From NCBI GenBank assembly GCA_035318985.1, contig DATHDP010000020.1, positions 51 through 64,050 on the forward strand: a stretch of DNA of 64,000 nt. Direction: 5' to 3'. The translations under genes and the position numbers were made by a program. The notes under the pieces are model-generated. The model had not been told where the DNA came from. It searched no databases and saw only the letters and a list, made by a program, of their open reading frames with translations. The stretch comes from Chitinophagaceae bacterium. GTDB taxonomy: Bacteria; Bacteroidota; Bacteroidia; Chitinophagales; Chitinophagaceae. This document shows positions 24,667 through 33,940 of the stretch, in pieces. The number at the start of each line of letters is the position of its first letter. The first letter of the stretch is position 1.

Positions 24667-26595
24667 TTAAAAAGCTTTAAGGGCTGTTTCAGTTGAAGCC
24701 ATTTCAATCATTGCAGTTAACTCAGTCATTAGTTTATCATCGCTGCCATCAAAACCTACTGCTTTAAAACGTACCATTCCATTTTTGTCTATCACAAACT
24801 TCGTAGGAATTCCCTCAACTTTAAATTCTGCAACCACTTTATCATCATTATCCATTAAAACATGGAATGAATACTTATTGTTTGCAATAAATTCAGCAGC
24901 ATTCTTTTGTTTTTCATCACCTCTTTCCCATGTGTCAATGAAAACAAATTTCACATTCGGATCATCTTTATATTTATTTACCATCTTTTGCATACCGGGA
25001 AAACTTGCTTTACATGGACCGCACCAGGTTGCCCAAAAATCCACGATCACAACTTTTCCTTTTAATTCTCCTAAATCTATTCTTTTACCGTTTAAATCTA
25101 CTAACGCAAATACAGGTGCTTTTTCGTTTATCATTGATTTACGCAGATCTTCCAGCATCTTTATTGTTGCTTCTTTCTGCAATGCAGTAATATAATCATC
25201 AAAACCTCCTTCTGATTTTTTGTCTTTTACATAGGCTCTTTTAAGTATGTCTTTTATCTCTGAGGTAGATTTGCCATCTTTTACGAACTGCTCCAACTCT
25301 TTTACATATTGTTTTTTGGGAAGAGTTTTTTCGGCCAGCAATGCATAAGTATTATTTTGATCGGGATCTTTTCCTTTGTTCACAACCATAGCTGCGTCTT
25401 TTGCATAGCCCAATCCTTTTTTATATTCACTTTTGCGATACATAACCATGCCATAAGTATCAGCAAACATAGCATACATGTATTTATTGTTTTCTTCCCA
25501 CTGCTTTTGAGTCGAATAGTCAGGTTTTTTTGCCGTTGGGTTTTTCCATTCATTCTTATAATAATTCGTAGCAAAAGCTGAGAACTCTTCAGCCAATTCA
25601 AGATGATCACTTGTTTTTTGCATTTCCCAGGCTGCGCTATTATATAAAGAAGCTAATTCTGCTTTATCAGTAATGTTTAATTCCGTTATTGATTTTTTGA
25701 AATTCTCATAATCTTTATTCGCCAAGTAGGCTCGTGGGATCTGAGTTTTAAAAAATCCTAAATTTTGTTTTATACTTTTCCAATTCTCATCTGTTTCTGT
25801 TTTAGCAATGATATCATTAAGCATCGCTTTTTTCTTATCAACATCTTTTTGCTGGCTGTATTTCTGAAGTGTTTCATTGATTGCCCATCTTCCATTAGGA
25901 AATTTTTCTTTTTTTACGCTTGTAACAAATTTTTGTTGCTCGGGTAACTTGGCAAGCATATAAAAATTCTCAAGATTGCTATAATCGACTTCTTCTTTTA
26001 AGCCTGTTTTCAAAAGTGACTCTATCTCTTTTTGAATGATCTTTTGCGCATCATCCTTTTTGGTCTGCGTTAGCAACCTTATATAACTGTACGAATAAGT
26101 TTTTTTATTATCGGGAAATGACTCAAATTCTTTGTCATAAGCCTCAAGAGCCTTTTCATTGTTTACATCTATACCAACCTGTCGGCCCGCATATTGATAT
26201 AAACTTGCCTTTGACAAATAACTTCCATCACGTGGTTTATCATTCTCGTAAAGTTGAATGTAGTATCCTTCATTAAAATTGTTATCAAATTTTTTATCTG
26301 CAGTGAATCCAAAGTAGAGAAAGTTCATTGCTGTATCAGTTGTAATTGTACCAGTATATTTCCCTCCATTTTTTTCTAGTACTATATCGTCAGCCTTGTT
26401 GCCCCGCTTGCCCATCTGGTACATTACTCCTTCAATAGGTTTTATTGTGTTAGCTATATCACCTGCCGGTTCATAAGTGAAAGTGACCTTGTCACCCGGC
26501 TTGGGTTTCTCAGGTGTGTAAGTGAAATTTTTCTGGGATTTTGCTGTTACTGTGATTATCAATAACAGGGCTAAGATGAATTTCCTGGTAAACAT
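24667..26595 (-). CDS. TlpA-like thiol:disulfide oxidoreductase with a large N-terminal TPR/helical-like domain, secreted
   Basis: It has a signal peptide. The C-terminal thioredoxin fold carries VVIVDFWATWCGPCK. Confidence 0.8.
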   Translation of the reverse strand: MFTRKFILALLLIITVTAKSQKNFTYTPEKPKPGDKVTFTYEPAGDIANTIKPIEGVMYQMGKRGNKADDIVLEKNGGKYTGTITTDTAMNFLYFGFTADKKFDNNFNEGYYIQLYENDKPRDGSYLSKASLYQYAGRQVGIDVNNEKALEAYDKEFESFPDNKKTYSYSYIRLLTQTKKDDAQKIIQKEIESLLKTGLKEEVDYSNLENFYMLAKLPEQQKFVTSVKKEKFPNGRWAINETLQKYSQQKDVDKKKAMLNDIIAKTETDENWKSIKQNLGFFKTQIPRAYLANKDYENFKKSITELNITDKAELASLYNSAAWEMQKTSDHLELAEEFSAFATNYYKNEWKNPTAKKPDYSTQKQWEENNKYMYAMFADTYGMVMYRKSEYKKGLGYAKDAAMVVNKGKDPDQNNTYALLAEKTLPKKQYVKELEQFVKDGKSTSEIKDILKRAYVKDKKSEGGFDDYITALQKEATIKMLEDLRKSMINEKAPVFALVDLNGKRIDLGELKGKVVIVDFWATWCGPCKASFPGMQKMVNKYKDDPNVKFVFIDTWERGDEKQKNAAEFIANNKYSFHVLMDNDDKVVAEFKVEGIPTKFVIDKNGMVRFKAVGFDGSDDKLMTELTAMIEMASTETALKAF

Positions 26596-26660
26596 GGTTT
26601 GTGGTTTTAGTAAAAGAAAGGTAGGATAATTTAAAATATATCCAAGCGACTTAAAAGTTA

Positions 26661-26709
26661 AAATAAAAGCCCCGACGAGGTCAGGGCTTTGAGAAATGCT
26701 TTATTGTAA
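26661..26709 (+). repeat. Displaced copy of the cutC 3' end (direct repeat of 24613-24659)
   Basis: AGCCCCGACGAGGTCAGGGC(C/T)TTGAGAAATGC is shared with the end of cutC. The copy still reads SPDEVRALRNALL-stop, compared with SPDEVRALRNALI-stop in cutC. Confidence 0.65.
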
Positions 26710-26714
26710 ATTTC

Positions 26715-27578
26715 TTAAATAGAAAGTGTTTTCATGTAAACAGCATCAGCCTGCGCAGCTTGCATTGGAGTTGTCCCTTCCCACTTTTCTTGCTCGATTA
26801 TATAGTATTCCATTCCATATTTTTTTGCAGTCTTCAGGATCTTTGGATAGTTTATACTTCCGGTACCAACTACAACGCTTTCATCTTTATCAGTTAATGG
26901 TGCTCCTTTTTTACGATCTTTTACATGGCATAAGCGGAAACGCTTCGGGTATTTTTTTAGCCATGTTTCAATATCCTGCCCGGCAGCAACTACCCAGTAC
27001 ATATCCAATTCAAAATCGACAAGACTTGCATCCGTATTTTTCATCATTACATCCTGACCCATTTCACCATTCAGTGTAGCAAATGAATAATCGTGATTAT
27101 GATAGGCAAAACGAATCCCGTTCTTTTTACATATCTCACCTTTCTGGTTGAACTCATCGGCAAATTTTTTAAATGCATCGAGGTCTTTTTGTGGTCCTTT
27201 ATATGGACAGATCAAATATTTCATTCCAATAGCTGCTGCATCAGCTGCTTTCTTTTCAAAATCTTTACTGATATCGCAATGACTGGAAATTATTTTCATC
27301 CCGAGGTTATCCATCTCAGCTTTAAATTCTGTATTGCTCATCCCCCAAAACATTCCTTTGCCACCTTCAAAGCTTTCTATTTGTTTATAACCATACGTTG
27401 ATAATTGCTTTAACACTCCTTTCGGATCTTTTGCAAGATCATCACGAACACTCCATAGTTGTATCCCAAAGTTTTTCAGTTTAGCTGCTTCTCCGGCAAG
27501 CGAAGCAAAACCTGATTTTGATGCAAGCCCTGCCAACGCAAGTCCGCCACTTAATTTCAAAAACTCATTTCTTTTCAT
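26715..27578 (-). CDS. Xylose-isomerase-like TIM-barrel protein (sugar phosphate isomerase/epimerase family), exported
   Basis: It has a TAT-like leader (MKRNEFLKLSGGLALAGLA...). The TIM-barrel pattern includes FAYHNHDYSF and an E-rich metal-site context. Confidence 0.78.
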   Translation of the reverse strand: MKRNEFLKLSGGLALAGLASKSGFASLAGEAAKLKNFGIQLWSVRDDLAKDPKGVLKQLSTYGYKQIESFEGGKGMFWGMSNTEFKAEMDNLGMKIISSHCDISKDFEKKAADAAAIGMKYLICPYKGPQKDLDAFKKFADEFNQKGEICKKNGIRFAYHNHDYSFATLNGEMGQDVMMKNTDASLVDFELDMYWVVAAGQDIETWLKKYPKRFRLCHVKDRKKGAPLTDKDESVVVGTGSINYPKILKTAKKYGMEYYIIEQEKWEGTTPMQAAQADAVYMKTLSI

Positions 27579-27596
27579 ATGTATATTGATTAAATA

Positions 27597-28163
27597 TTAA
27601 ACAAATAATTTATCTCCTTTTTTATAAGGTACAGCTCCATCATATTTACCCGGCACTTGCTGATAGTTGAAGTTTTGCTCCAATCCAGGTTTTGAAGTAA
27701 AGTAACCCATTAAAGTAAGTTGCTTCATCATTAAAAAATAATGATTAGGATCTTCTTTCTTTTTAGTTTTCATGTATTCTTTTGCTTCCTTATCAAGCGA
27801 GGTCAATAATTCTTTACGATGAGCTGGTTCAGCTTTCATAAAACTATGACCGTGCATTTTATTACAAGCCTCGTCCAATTTCTTCATTCCTTCATGAAAT
27901 GTTTTTTGATCGGCTTCTTCATAGCAATCATTTACCATAACAGTCATGAACTTACCAACCTCTGCTTCTTTAGCACCTGCCGTCGTGGTTTTCGGTATGA
28001 TCGTTTCTGCTACTTCGTCAAGAAATGCAATGTTATCTGCTGAAAAAACAGTTCCTGCTACTTCAGCATCTTTGCTTTTACATCCTGCAAGAAAAAATTC
28101 ACCGCCAATTACAACGCCACCTGTAGCGAGTGCGACCATTTTTAAGAGTTCTCTTCTTTCCAT
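27597..28163 (-). CDS. Gluconate 2-dehydrogenase subunit 3-family small subunit (TAT signal plus lipobox)
   Basis: MERRELLKMVALATGGVVIGGEFFLAGC combines a twin-arginine motif with an LAGC lipobox. It is a paralog of 33276-33917. Confidence 0.8.
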   Translation of the reverse strand: MERRELLKMVALATGGVVIGGEFFLAGCKSKDAEVAGTVFSADNIAFLDEVAETIIPKTTTAGAKEAEVGKFMTVMVNDCYEEADQKTFHEGMKKLDEACNKMHGHSFMKAEPAHRKELLTSLDKEAKEYMKTKKKEDPNHYFLMMKQLTLMGYFTSKPGLEQNFNYQQVPGKYDGAVPYKKGDKLFV

Positions 28164-28181
28164 TTGGTTGTATTTAATATA

Positions 28182-29870
28182 TTAAAGATTTTGTTTTTTT
28201 AGTTCATTGACCGCATGATCTGCGGCTCTTGCTGTATATGCCATATAAGTTAGCGACGGATTTACGCAAGAAGCACTCGCCATACAAGCTCCATCTGTTA
28301 CAAACACATTCATTGCATCCCAAACCTGGTTGTGTTTATTCAAGACACTTGTCTTTGGATCTTTTCCCATTCTTGCTGTTCCCATTTCATGAATCCCATG
28401 CCCGATAGCATGCCCGCTATCATAGGTGCTTAGATTCTTAACACCTGCCGCATCTAGCATTTCTTTAAGCTCTTCTTTAATAGCTACCCGCATCTTCATT
28501 TCATTATCTTTTATTTCAGCATCCATTGCGAGAACAGGCAAGCCCCATTTATCTTTTCTATTTTTATCTAAATAAATTTTGTTTTCATGATAGGGAAGAA
28601 TTTCACCAAAACCAGTTGCGCCCATCCGCCATTTTCCCGGCTCGCATAATGCATCTTTAAATTCGCTGCCAACATTTAATTCTGCAATTTCACGTCCCCA
28701 ACCAGTCCTGCTTGCACTGCCCTGGTATCCGAACCCTCTTACAAAATCTCTTTTCTTTGTATCGCCAATAAAATTTGCAAACCGTGGAATATAAAATCCG
28801 CAGGGACGACGACCTTGTTCCTCGATATCAGTAAAGCCCTCTATTTCTCCCGACACACCAAGGTTATAATGATGGTCCATAACATTATGACCTAATTCAC
28901 CGCTGCTGCTTCCTAACCCTTCCGGAAAAACATCAGTAGCCGAATTAAACAATAACCAAGTTGAATTCAATGTGGACGCACAAACAAAAACGATCTTTGA
29001 TTTGAATTCATAAGTTTTGTTATCACTTGCATCAAGCACTTCAACCCCAGTTGCTTTCTTTTTATCCTTATCGTATAAAATTTTTGTAACAATAGATAAA
29101 GGTCTTACTGTAAGATTATTTGTTTTCATTGCAGCAGGAAGGGTAGAAGATTGTGTGCTGAAATATCCACCAAAAGGACAACCTTCCCAGCAACGATTCC
29201 GAAACTGGCAATTCGTTCTTTCGTTAAGCGGTTCTGTAATATTTGCAGTACGACTATGGATCATGTGTCGCTGGCCCTTATAAAAATTCTTTATTTTTTC
29301 AGCAACATCTTTTTCTACCATATTTAATGGTATTGGAGGCATAAATTTTCCATCAGGCAATTGTGGCAAGCCTTCCAATGAACCGCTAATACCTGCAAAT
29401 TTTTCAACATGATCATACCACGGTGCAAGATCATTATAACGAATCGGCCAATCAACACCATGACCATCTTTTGCATTTGCTTCAAAGTCCGTATCGCTCC
29501 AGCGATAACTTTGGCGACCCCATAAAGTAGAACGACCGCCCATTCGATATACACGCCACCAGGTAAAAGGTTTTATTTCTGTATAGGGAGATTCAATTTC
29601 ATTCACCCATGCATCCATTATTCTGTCATATGCAGCCCATCCGCGATGAATCACCGGGTAGTCTTTTTTCTGTTGTGCAGTAGTCGCACCGCGGTGTGTA
29701 AATTCCCACGGATCTTTATTGGCGGTCTTATAATCTTTTATATGCTCGTAAGGACCGCCCCGTTCGAGCATCAGCACTTTCAAACCCTTTTCACAAAGTT
29801 CTTTTGCAGCCCAGCCACCGGAAATTCCAGAGCCTACTACGATTGCATCAAATGTGTTGTTGTCTGCCAT
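28182..29870 (-). CDS. GMC-family FAD-dependent oxidoreductase (paralog D), no signal peptide
   Basis: It has the ADP-binding fold DAIVVGSGISGGWAAKEL and the Cys-rich block CQFRNRCWEGCPFGGYF. The C-terminal GMC block is IHEMGTARMG...NVFVTDGA. Confidence 0.9.
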   Translation of the reverse strand: MADNNTFDAIVVGSGISGGWAAKELCEKGLKVLMLERGGPYEHIKDYKTANKDPWEFTHRGATTAQQKKDYPVIHRGWAAYDRIMDAWVNEIESPYTEIKPFTWWRVYRMGGRSTLWGRQSYRWSDTDFEANAKDGHGVDWPIRYNDLAPWYDHVEKFAGISGSLEGLPQLPDGKFMPPIPLNMVEKDVAEKIKNFYKGQRHMIHSRTANITEPLNERTNCQFRNRCWEGCPFGGYFSTQSSTLPAAMKTNNLTVRPLSIVTKILYDKDKKKATGVEVLDASDNKTYEFKSKIVFVCASTLNSTWLLFNSATDVFPEGLGSSSGELGHNVMDHHYNLGVSGEIEGFTDIEEQGRRPCGFYIPRFANFIGDTKKRDFVRGFGYQGSASRTGWGREIAELNVGSEFKDALCEPGKWRMGATGFGEILPYHENKIYLDKNRKDKWGLPVLAMDAEIKDNEMKMRVAIKEELKEMLDAAGVKNLSTYDSGHAIGHGIHEMGTARMGKDPKTSVLNKHNQVWDAMNVFVTDGACMASASCVNPSLTYMAYTARAADHAVNELKKQNL

Positions 29871-31549
29871 TAAAGATTTCCTTTTTTAAGTTCATTTACC
29901 GCATGGTCAGTTGCCCTTGCCGTCAATGCCATATAGGTGATTGAAGGATTTTGACAAGCTGATGATGTCATGCATGCGCCATCAGTATTAAATACATTTT
30001 TTACTTCGTGCAACTGGTTCCATTTGTTCAGTACAGATGTTTTAGGATCATTTCCCATCCTGGCTGTTCCCATTTCATGAATGCACAATCCGGGATAAGC
30101 TTTTTCATCATTGAATGTATAAATATCTTTTATACCTCCTGACTCAAGCATCTCAGCTGCACTATTCATCATGTCTTTTCGCATAGCAATTTCATTTCCC
30201 TTCCACTCACAATCAATTTCAAGCTGGGGCAATCCCCATTTATCTTTTTCCGTTTTGCTAAGTGTAACCTTGTTATCAGGATGTGGTAATTGTTCACCCC
30301 AGCTTCCTAACCAAAAACTCCAATCACCTGGTTCGGTCGTTTGTTCTTTTAATTCCGATCCAATACCATCACCATTCCAATTCATACCTCTTGATGCACC
30401 ACCCTGGTAACCAAAACCACGGAGATAATCAGAACGTTTTGTCTTTTCATTTATATTTCTGAAACGGGCCACATAAATACCATTGGGCCTGCGCCCCGAA
30501 ATAACCTTGTCTTTTAAGCCATCATAATTTCCTCCTGCGCCTACATGGTAATGATGATCCATAAGGTTTCGTCCTAATTGATCACTTGAATTGCCCATAC
30601 CATTTGGAAAAACATCGGATACAGAATTTAATAAAATACTTGTTGAACCTAATGTAGATGCATTTAAAAAAATAATTTTTGCAAAGTATTCTATTGATTC
30701 ATTTGTATTCTCATCAATGATACGTACTCCTTTGGCTTTCTTCTTTTCCTTATCATACATCACTTCCATTACAATTGAATGAGGACGCAGTGTTAAATTG
30801 CCTGTGCTTGCTGCAACAGGTAATGTAGCGGAATTGCTGCTGAAATACCCGCCAAAGGGACAACCTCTGTCACAAAGATTGCGGTACTGGCAAGGACCGC
30901 GGCCATTCCAACCTTTAGTTAAATTGGCAACTCGCCCAATGATCATTCTTCTGCCATCAGTAAATTTTTGGTTGATGTTTTCAGAAACATGTGTTTCGAG
31001 AGCATTCATTTCCATTGGAGGTAAAAAATCACCGTCTGGTAATTGGGGCAATCCTTCTTTACTGCCACTGATCCCCGCAAACTGTTCTACATAACTATAC
31101 CATGGGGCTATATCTTTATATCGGATCGGCCAATCAACACCATGACCGTCTTTTGCATTCGCTTCAAAATCGAGATCACTCCAGCGATAACATTGTCTTC
31201 CCCACATCAGGCTTCTTCCACCAACATGATAACCTCTTATCCAGTCGTAGGGTTTTTTTTGTACATAAGGATGTTCTTTATCATTTACAAAAAAGTGACT
31301 GTTGGCTTCATTACAAAAACCACGAACCTGTATATGTTGATCTTCTTTAATTTTTTTTGTGTTTTGATTTCGATGTAATAATTCCCAGGGAGCAAGATTG
31401 GTGGTAGGATAATCTTTAATATGTTCAACCTGCCGGCCTCTTTCAAGAACTATTGTTTTTAATCCTTTTTTGCATAATTCCATGGCTGCCCAACCACCAC
31501 TAATACCAGAGCCAACTACTATTGCGTCGTATGTATTAGTGTCAGTCAT
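29870..31549 (-). CDS. GMC-family FAD-dependent oxidoreductase (paralog C), no signal peptide
   Basis: It has DAIVVGSGISGGWAAMEL, CQYRNLCDRGCPFGGYF and IHEMGTARMG. Its TAA stop shares one base with the ATG of paralog D (TAATG). Confidence 0.9.
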   Translation of the reverse strand: MTDTNTYDAIVVGSGISGGWAAMELCKKGLKTIVLERGRQVEHIKDYPTTNLAPWELLHRNQNTKKIKEDQHIQVRGFCNEANSHFFVNDKEHPYVQKKPYDWIRGYHVGGRSLMWGRQCYRWSDLDFEANAKDGHGVDWPIRYKDIAPWYSYVEQFAGISGSKEGLPQLPDGDFLPPMEMNALETHVSENINQKFTDGRRMIIGRVANLTKGWNGRGPCQYRNLCDRGCPFGGYFSSNSATLPVAASTGNLTLRPHSIVMEVMYDKEKKKAKGVRIIDENTNESIEYFAKIIFLNASTLGSTSILLNSVSDVFPNGMGNSSDQLGRNLMDHHYHVGAGGNYDGLKDKVISGRRPNGIYVARFRNINEKTKRSDYLRGFGYQGGASRGMNWNGDGIGSELKEQTTEPGDWSFWLGSWGEQLPHPDNKVTLSKTEKDKWGLPQLEIDCEWKGNEIAMRKDMMNSAAEMLESGGIKDIYTFNDEKAYPGLCIHEMGTARMGNDPKTSVLNKWNQLHEVKNVFNTDGACMTSSACQNPSITYMALTARATDHAVNELKKGNL

Positions 31550-31567
31550 TAAAAATTAATACTTGGT

Positions 31568-33247
31568 TTAAAGATTTCCTTTTTTAAATTCTTCCGCTGC
31601 ATGATTTGCCGCTCTTGCTGTTATTGCCATAAACGTCAATGATGGATTTTGTGTTCCTGTTGATGCCATACAAGCTCCATCCGTTACAAATACGTTCGGA
31701 CAATTATGAAACTGGTTCCATTTATTAAGCATTGATGTCTTTGGATCTTTTCCCATTCTTACTCCACCCATTTCATGAATATCCAAGCCGGGAGCTTGCT
31801 TACTATCCCGTGGATAAATGTTTTTACATCCCGCTTTTGTAAGCATTTCAACTCCCTGATCATGAAAATCCTTTACTAGCAGCTCATCATTTTCATCATA
31901 ATCAACGGAAGTTATCAATTGAGGTATTCCCCAATCATCTTTTTTATCTGTACTCAGGCGAACATGATTTGTTTCTTTTGGGATCGTTTCACCTTGCATC
32001 ATCATATAAATTCCCCATGGACCAGCTTGTGTCATCGAATCTTTTAATTCAGCGCCGATGCCATCATACCCAGATCCCTGGTACCTGTTTGCTGTAAACG
32101 CAACAAGATAGCCACGCTTAAATGGCATTTCCTGTTTGCGTACATTTCTGAATGATGGCATGATGATCATCGTTGGTCTGCGGCCATAGGTTTGAAAATT
32201 TTCAAATCCATCATAAGTGGCACTAATGCTGCCGCGATAATTATGAAAGCAAATAAATTTTCCCAAAAGACCATTATCATTTCCAAGCCCGTTAGGAAAA
32301 CGTTCTGATCTTGAGTTTAATAAAATAAGATTTGTGTTTATGCAAGCAGCATTTACAAAAATTATTCTTGCAGAATATTCAGTTGCTTCTTTTGTTTTTG
32401 CATCGATCACTTTTACACCAGTCGCTTTTTTCTGCTTGTCATCATAAATAATTGAATGAACAACTGAATTTGTTTTCAAAGTAAGATTGCCTGACTTCTG
32501 CGCCCATGGAATAGTTGATGCATTGCTACTGAAATAACCACCAAAAGGACAACCACGTTCGCATAAGCTCCTTGCCTGGCATTGTTGTCTTCCTTGTTGG
32601 ATATGTATATCCTGTGGCTGAGTTAAATGTGCACAACGACCAATGATGGCCGGCCTGTCTGGATAATTTGTTTTTATTTGTTCAACAAGATGTTTCTCCA
32701 CGACATTCATATCCCATGGCGGTAAAAATTCACCATCGGGTAAATTTTCCAATCCATCTTTATTGCCACTGATGCCGGCAAATTTTTCAACATGACTATA
32801 CCATGGCGCCATATCATCATAATTGACTGGCCATGGAGTTGCATAGCCATCTCTTGCAGGCGCATCAAATTCGAATTTGCTCCAGCGTTGTACTTGTCTT
32901 GCCCATAGCAAGGACTTGCCGCCAACCTGGTAAGCCCTGATCCAGTCGAAAGGTTTTTCCTGTATGTATGGATGCTCTTTATCTTTTACAAAGAAATGTT
33001 CAGTGGCTTCACCAAATGCATAACATTTTGCAACGGTGGGGTTTTCTTTTAAAACAGAAGGAGGCATTTCACCACGATGTGCTAATTGCCACGGATCTTT
33101 TGTTGCAGTGGGATAATCTTTGAGATGGACAACATCACGACCACGTTCAAGCAATAAAACTTTTAATCCTTTATCACAAAGTTCTTTTGCGGCCCATCCG
33201 CCGGATATGCCGGAACCAATTACGATCGCATCAAATTGTTCTTCCAT
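31568..33247 (-). CDS. GMC-family FAD-dependent oxidoreductase (paralog B), no signal peptide
   Basis: It has MEEQFDAIVIGSGISGGWAAKEL, CQARSLCERGCPFGGYF and IHEMGGVRMG. The listed start at 33397 overlaps the upstream gene and is rejected in favour of the ATG at 33247. Confidence 0.88.
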   Translation of the reverse strand: MEEQFDAIVIGSGISGGWAAKELCDKGLKVLLLERGRDVVHLKDYPTATKDPWQLAHRGEMPPSVLKENPTVAKCYAFGEATEHFFVKDKEHPYIQEKPFDWIRAYQVGGKSLLWARQVQRWSKFEFDAPARDGYATPWPVNYDDMAPWYSHVEKFAGISGNKDGLENLPDGEFLPPWDMNVVEKHLVEQIKTNYPDRPAIIGRCAHLTQPQDIHIQQGRQQCQARSLCERGCPFGGYFSSNASTIPWAQKSGNLTLKTNSVVHSIIYDDKQKKATGVKVIDAKTKEATEYSARIIFVNAACINTNLILLNSRSERFPNGLGNDNGLLGKFICFHNYRGSISATYDGFENFQTYGRRPTMIIMPSFRNVRKQEMPFKRGYLVAFTANRYQGSGYDGIGAELKDSMTQAGPWGIYMMMQGETIPKETNHVRLSTDKKDDWGIPQLITSVDYDENDELLVKDFHDQGVEMLTKAGCKNIYPRDSKQAPGLDIHEMGGVRMGKDPKTSMLNKWNQFHNCPNVFVTDGACMASTGTQNPSLTFMAITARAANHAAEEFKKGNL

Positions 33248-33275
33248 AAGAAAACCTAACTCCCTAAAGGAGATT

Positions 33276-33917
33276 TTAATTAAGCCCGGTAAAAATTTTA
33301 TCTCCTTTTTTATAATCCAGGTCACCAATATATTTTCCTGGTACGGGTTCGTATCTTGTTGCACCCGTTCTCCCTTCTTTAGAAGTGAAATAACCAAAAA
33401 TGGTTAATTGCTTCATCATGGTGAAGTAATGATCAGGCATTGTTTTCTTTTCAAAATTTGTATCACCATTTGCCTGTGCCTTTTTTTCCAGGTCATCTTG
33501 CTCTTTACTAAATTCTTTTCTTTTTGCCTGGTATTCTTTCACCTCTGGGTCAAGGGAGACCAAAACAGCTTTTTTATTTTCAGGAGTCGCTTTCATAAAA
33601 TCATGTCCATGCATTTTTTTGCATGCTGCATTTATAGCTGCTTGCCCTTCGTGAAATGCTTTCTGATTTTCTTCTGTGTAACAATCATTCACCATTACGG
33701 TCATGAACTGGCCAACTTTTGCTTCTTTAGCGCCAGGTGTTGATGTTTTTGGAAAGATTGTTTCAGCAACTTCATCCAAAAAAGCAATATCTGATTCTCC
33801 AAATTCTTTTCCTGCACCTGCATCAGGATTTTTACAACCAGCAAGAAAAAATTCTCCGCCAATAACAACACCGCCAGTAGCAGCGGCAACCATTTTTAAT
33901 AATTCACGTCTGTCCAT
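33276..33917 (-). CDS. Gluconate 2-dehydrogenase subunit 3-family small subunit (TAT signal plus lipobox)
   Basis: The N-terminus is MDRRELLKMVAAATGGVVIGGEFFLAGC. The core matches 27597-28163 (FLDEVAETI.PKT...GAKEA.VG.FMTVMVNDCY) with an extra K/E-rich insert. Confidence 0.8.
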   Translation of the reverse strand: MDRRELLKMVAAATGGVVIGGEFFLAGCKNPDAGAGKEFGESDIAFLDEVAETIFPKTSTPGAKEAKVGQFMTVMVNDCYTEENQKAFHEGQAAINAACKKMHGHDFMKATPENKKAVLVSLDPEVKEYQAKRKEFSKEQDDLEKKAQANGDTNFEKKTMPDHYFTMMKQLTIFGYFTSKEGRTGATRYEPVPGKYIGDLDYKKGDKIFTGLN

Positions 33918-33940
33918 TATAAAAAATTTAATAAGATTAA

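Noticed and set aside
33248-33397. A 50-codon N-terminal extension of GMC paralog B as listed in the ORF track.
   Set aside because: The extension overlaps the 3' end of the upstream small-subunit gene. The other three paralogs all start directly at the FAD-binding fold, and the ATG at 33247 gives the homologous start MEEQFDAIVIGSG.
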